Assembly: GCA_963843145.1 (NCBI GenBank)
Contig: CAWJJC010000020.1
Location: 608,001 to 672,000 of the forward strand
DNA: 64,000 nucleotides
Origin: an uncultured delta proteobacterium
GTDB taxonomy: Bacteria > Desulfobacterota > RBG-13-43-22
Direction: 5' to 3'
Under the pieces are notes generated by a model that was not told the origin of the DNA, did no database searches, and saw nothing but the letters and a program-made list of their open reading frames with translations. Shown piece after piece: positions 61,667-64,000 of the stretch. The position numbers were made by a program, and so were the translations under genes. Position 1 is the stretch's first letter. The number at the start of each line of letters is the position of its first letter.

Positions 61667-62713
61667 ATGAAATCATTTGAAACCAATTATCTTGAAAAAC
61701 ATCCCTTGCCGCATTCGCTGTTACGAACTATCCGATTATTGGGCGAATATCGCGGAAAAGAATCGCTTTTTAAACAGCAGACACCCCAAGTACTCGAATC
61801 CTTGCGCCAGGCGGCCATGATCCAGAGTACCGAATCCTCCAACCGTATCGAGGGGATCGAAGCCCCGGCCGAAAGAATCAAGAAAATCGTGGAGCAAAAG
61901 ACCACGCCGAAGAATCGTTCCGAACAGGAGATCGCCGGATATCGTGATGCACTGGCGACGATTCACGCCAACTACCCCAACATGCCCTTTACCCCAGGCC
62001 TTGTCCTTCAACTCCACCGCGATCTTTATCAGTTCGTGGCCCAGCAGGGCGGACGCTGGAAAATGACGGACAATGAGATTTCCGAAACCCGCGCCGACGG
62101 CACAAAGGTTACTCGGTTCAGACCGATTCCCGCTCATCAAACGCCCGAGGCCATGGATAGGCTCCATACCCTTTTTAAGGAACAATGGGACCGGGAAGAA
62201 ATCGATCCACTGCTGCTGATCCCTGCCTACGTGCTCGATTTCCTCTGTATTCATCCATTCACCGATGGTAACGGGAGGATGGCGCGGCTGCTGACTCTGC
62301 TTCTCCTCTATCAAGCCGGTTTTGAAGTTGGCCGTTACATCAGTTTGGAACATCTGATCGAGAACCAGCGGGAAGGGTACTACGATGCGCTCTATAAATC
62401 TTCTCAGGGGTGGCACGATGGCGAACATTCATTACTGCCCTGGTGGGAATATTTTCTGGGTGTTATGCTCCAGGGCGCCTACCATGAATTCGAGCGCCGA
62501 ACCGGTGAACTGACCACAGCTCACGGGGCCAAGCGGGAGAGGATCATCGACGTTATATCGCGGTTTTCGGACAAATTTCAGGTGGCAGACATTGAACGGG
62601 CCTGTCCGGGCGTCAGCCGCCCGACTATCAATCGCGCCCTTCGAGACCTTCGCCAGGCGGGTAAAATCAGTTGCCTTAAAGGAGGGCGAGACGCCGTTTG
62701 GCAGAAAACGTGA
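61667..62713 (+). CDS. Fic family protein with C-terminal wHTH
   Basis: HPFTDGNGRMARL catalytic motif; SNRIEG inhibitory-type motif. Confidence 0.95.
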   Translation: MKSFETNYLEKHPLPHSLLRTIRLLGEYRGKESLFKQQTPQVLESLRQAAMIQSTESSNRIEGIEAPAERIKKIVEQKTTPKNRSEQEIAGYRDALATIHANYPNMPFTPGLVLQLHRDLYQFVAQQGGRWKMTDNEISETRADGTKVTRFRPIPAHQTPEAMDRLHTLFKEQWDREEIDPLLLIPAYVLDFLCIHPFTDGNGRMARLLTLLLLYQAGFEVGRYISLEHLIENQREGYYDALYKSSQGWHDGEHSLLPWWEYFLGVMLQGAYHEFERRTGELTTAHGAKRERIIDVISRFSDKFQVADIERACPGVSRPTINRALRDLRQAGKISCLKGGRDAVWQKT

Positions 62714-62838
62714 TCAGAACCCCAATAACGTGATCATTCCTGGCGGTTTGATTATGTTATGGGAACAGGATCATGAATATATTAATATGATCAAAACAGG
62801 TTAAATGATCATGTTTATTTTTGATTAGGTACAATACA

Positions 62839-62880
62839 TGATGACCTCGCAAAAAGTCTCCAGGGCAGTCATTGCGAGGA
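62839..62880. repeat. MITE family A truncated copy (direct repeat of 61190-61231)
   Basis: TGATGACCTCGCAAAAAGTCTCCAGGGCAGTCATTGCGAGGA; one mismatch to 61190-61231. Confidence 0.85.
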
Positions 62881-63116
62881 CCGATCCGTGAAACAAAAGT
62901 CTCCTAATAAGAAGAGAAACGGACGGAGTAAGGGGCGGAGATTGTGTCATCAAGGGTGACACAATAGGAGTTGGAAAAGAGGTAATGCCTTTAAAAGAGG
63001 GTAATAATAAGGGTGATAAGTCAGGATAAATTTTTCGAACAAGAACCACTATTAACGATTTGATCCTGTTGAGTTCTCAATCATTTTACAGATAGCGGAT
63101 CAGGGAGATAGTAGAT

Positions 63117-64000
63117 ATGGGTAAGGCCACCGGCGCCAGAACCAACAACGGGGCTAATGTGGGCTATGAGGCGGAGCTTTGGCAGATGGCCGATGCTTTG
63201 CGGGGCAGCATGGACGCCGCCGAGTACAAGCATGTTGTCCTGGGACTGATCTTCCTCAAGTATATCTCGGATGCCTTTGAAGAACAGCACGCCAAGCTGG
63301 AGGCGGAGAAGACGCAAGGGGCCGACCCGGAGGACCCGGATGAGTACCGGGCGGTGAGCATCTTTTGGGTACCGCCCGAAGCGCGCTGGACACATCTAAA
63401 GGCCCAGGCGAAGCAAGCGACCATAGGCCAGCTCGTTGATGATGCCATGGCGGGTATCGAACGGGACAATCCCCAGCTTAAGAGCGTGCTGCCCAAGGGA
63501 TACGCCCGTCCCGCCCTCGATAAGCAGCGCCTCGGCCAGCTCATTGACCTGGTGAGCAACATTAGAATCGGCGACAAAGAGAGCCGCTCCAAGGATGTCC
63601 TCGGCCGGATCTATGAATATTTCCTTTCCTAGTTTGCCAGCGCCGAAGGCAAAAAAGGCGGCGAGTTTTACACGCCGCGTTGCGTGGTCAAGCTGTTGGT
63701 GGAGATGCTCGAACCCTATAAGGGCCGGGTGTACGACCCCTGTTGCGGCTCCTCGGGCATGTTTGTCCAGTCGATTGAGTTCATTCGCGCCCACCGAAGC
63801 GGTAATGGTAATGGCGGCAAAGCCAAAGGCGACATCAGCATTTACGGCCAGGAATCGAACTATACCACCTGGCGACTGGCCAAGATGAATCTGGCCATCC
63901 GCGGAATCGAGGGCCAGATCGCCCACGGAGACACCTTCCACAATGACCGCCATCCCGACCTCAGGGCCGACTATATCCTGGCCAATCCTCCCTTTAACGT
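63117..64000 (+). pseudogene. hsdM: Type I restriction-modification HsdM with an in-frame TAG (partial, runs off the right edge)
   Basis: [62 protein letters not shown]; TAG at 63630-63632, and the frame continues unbroken after it. Confidence 0.88.

Noticed and set aside
63630-63632. Pyrrolysine decoding of the hsdM TAG
   Set aside because: No pyl genes in the window, TAG is used as a normal stop in many genes here, and the position is normally Gln.
1-64000. CRISPR array, cas genes, tRNA, rRNA
   Set aside because: No regularly spaced repeats with unique spacers and no recognisable RNA-gene motifs seen by eye. The repeats found are dispersed MITE/REP types.

Overview
A 64-kb chromosomal window from an anaerobic deltaproteobacterium (Desulfobacterota-like). 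This is inferred from the group 1 [NiFe] hydrogenase, the Ahb alternative heme pathway and the PSP1/RicT-metG arrangement. Most of the window is housekeeping: hydrogenase operon, gpmA, threonine dehydratase, Gld-like ABC exporter, dnaJ, purL-purQ-tmk-holB-ricT-metG, hemB-ahbD-ahbA, dgt and a CIRCE-controlled groES-groEL. The accessory parts are: (i) a co-oriented cluster at about 5.1-11.1 kb joining a MauE/DoxX membrane protein, an exported rhodanese, YdjY, a stand-alone TOBE protein, an Fe-S/CCG oxidoreductase and a double-cubane reductase with its ATP-dependent activase, which is the best candidate for an uncharacterised S/Se/Mo-W system; (ii) a decayed mobile island at about 30.2-35.8 kb, including a putative 2.4-kb transposase-free cassette with IS4/IS231-like ends and a 9-bp target duplication, IS21 and ParB relics and toxin-antitoxin genes; (iii) a FabZ-like/GT2/KS/KS-CLF mini-cluster; (iv) a defence relic at the right end (probable BREX-3 ATPase tail, Fic, and a type I hsdM with an in-frame TAG). 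Two MITE families with interchangeable nested palindromic cargo recur throughout. Several single-base frameshifts, including in purL and holB, suggest assembly indel errors. No CRISPR array, tRNA or rRNA was seen. All family calls come from motif recognition by eye, not from database searches.
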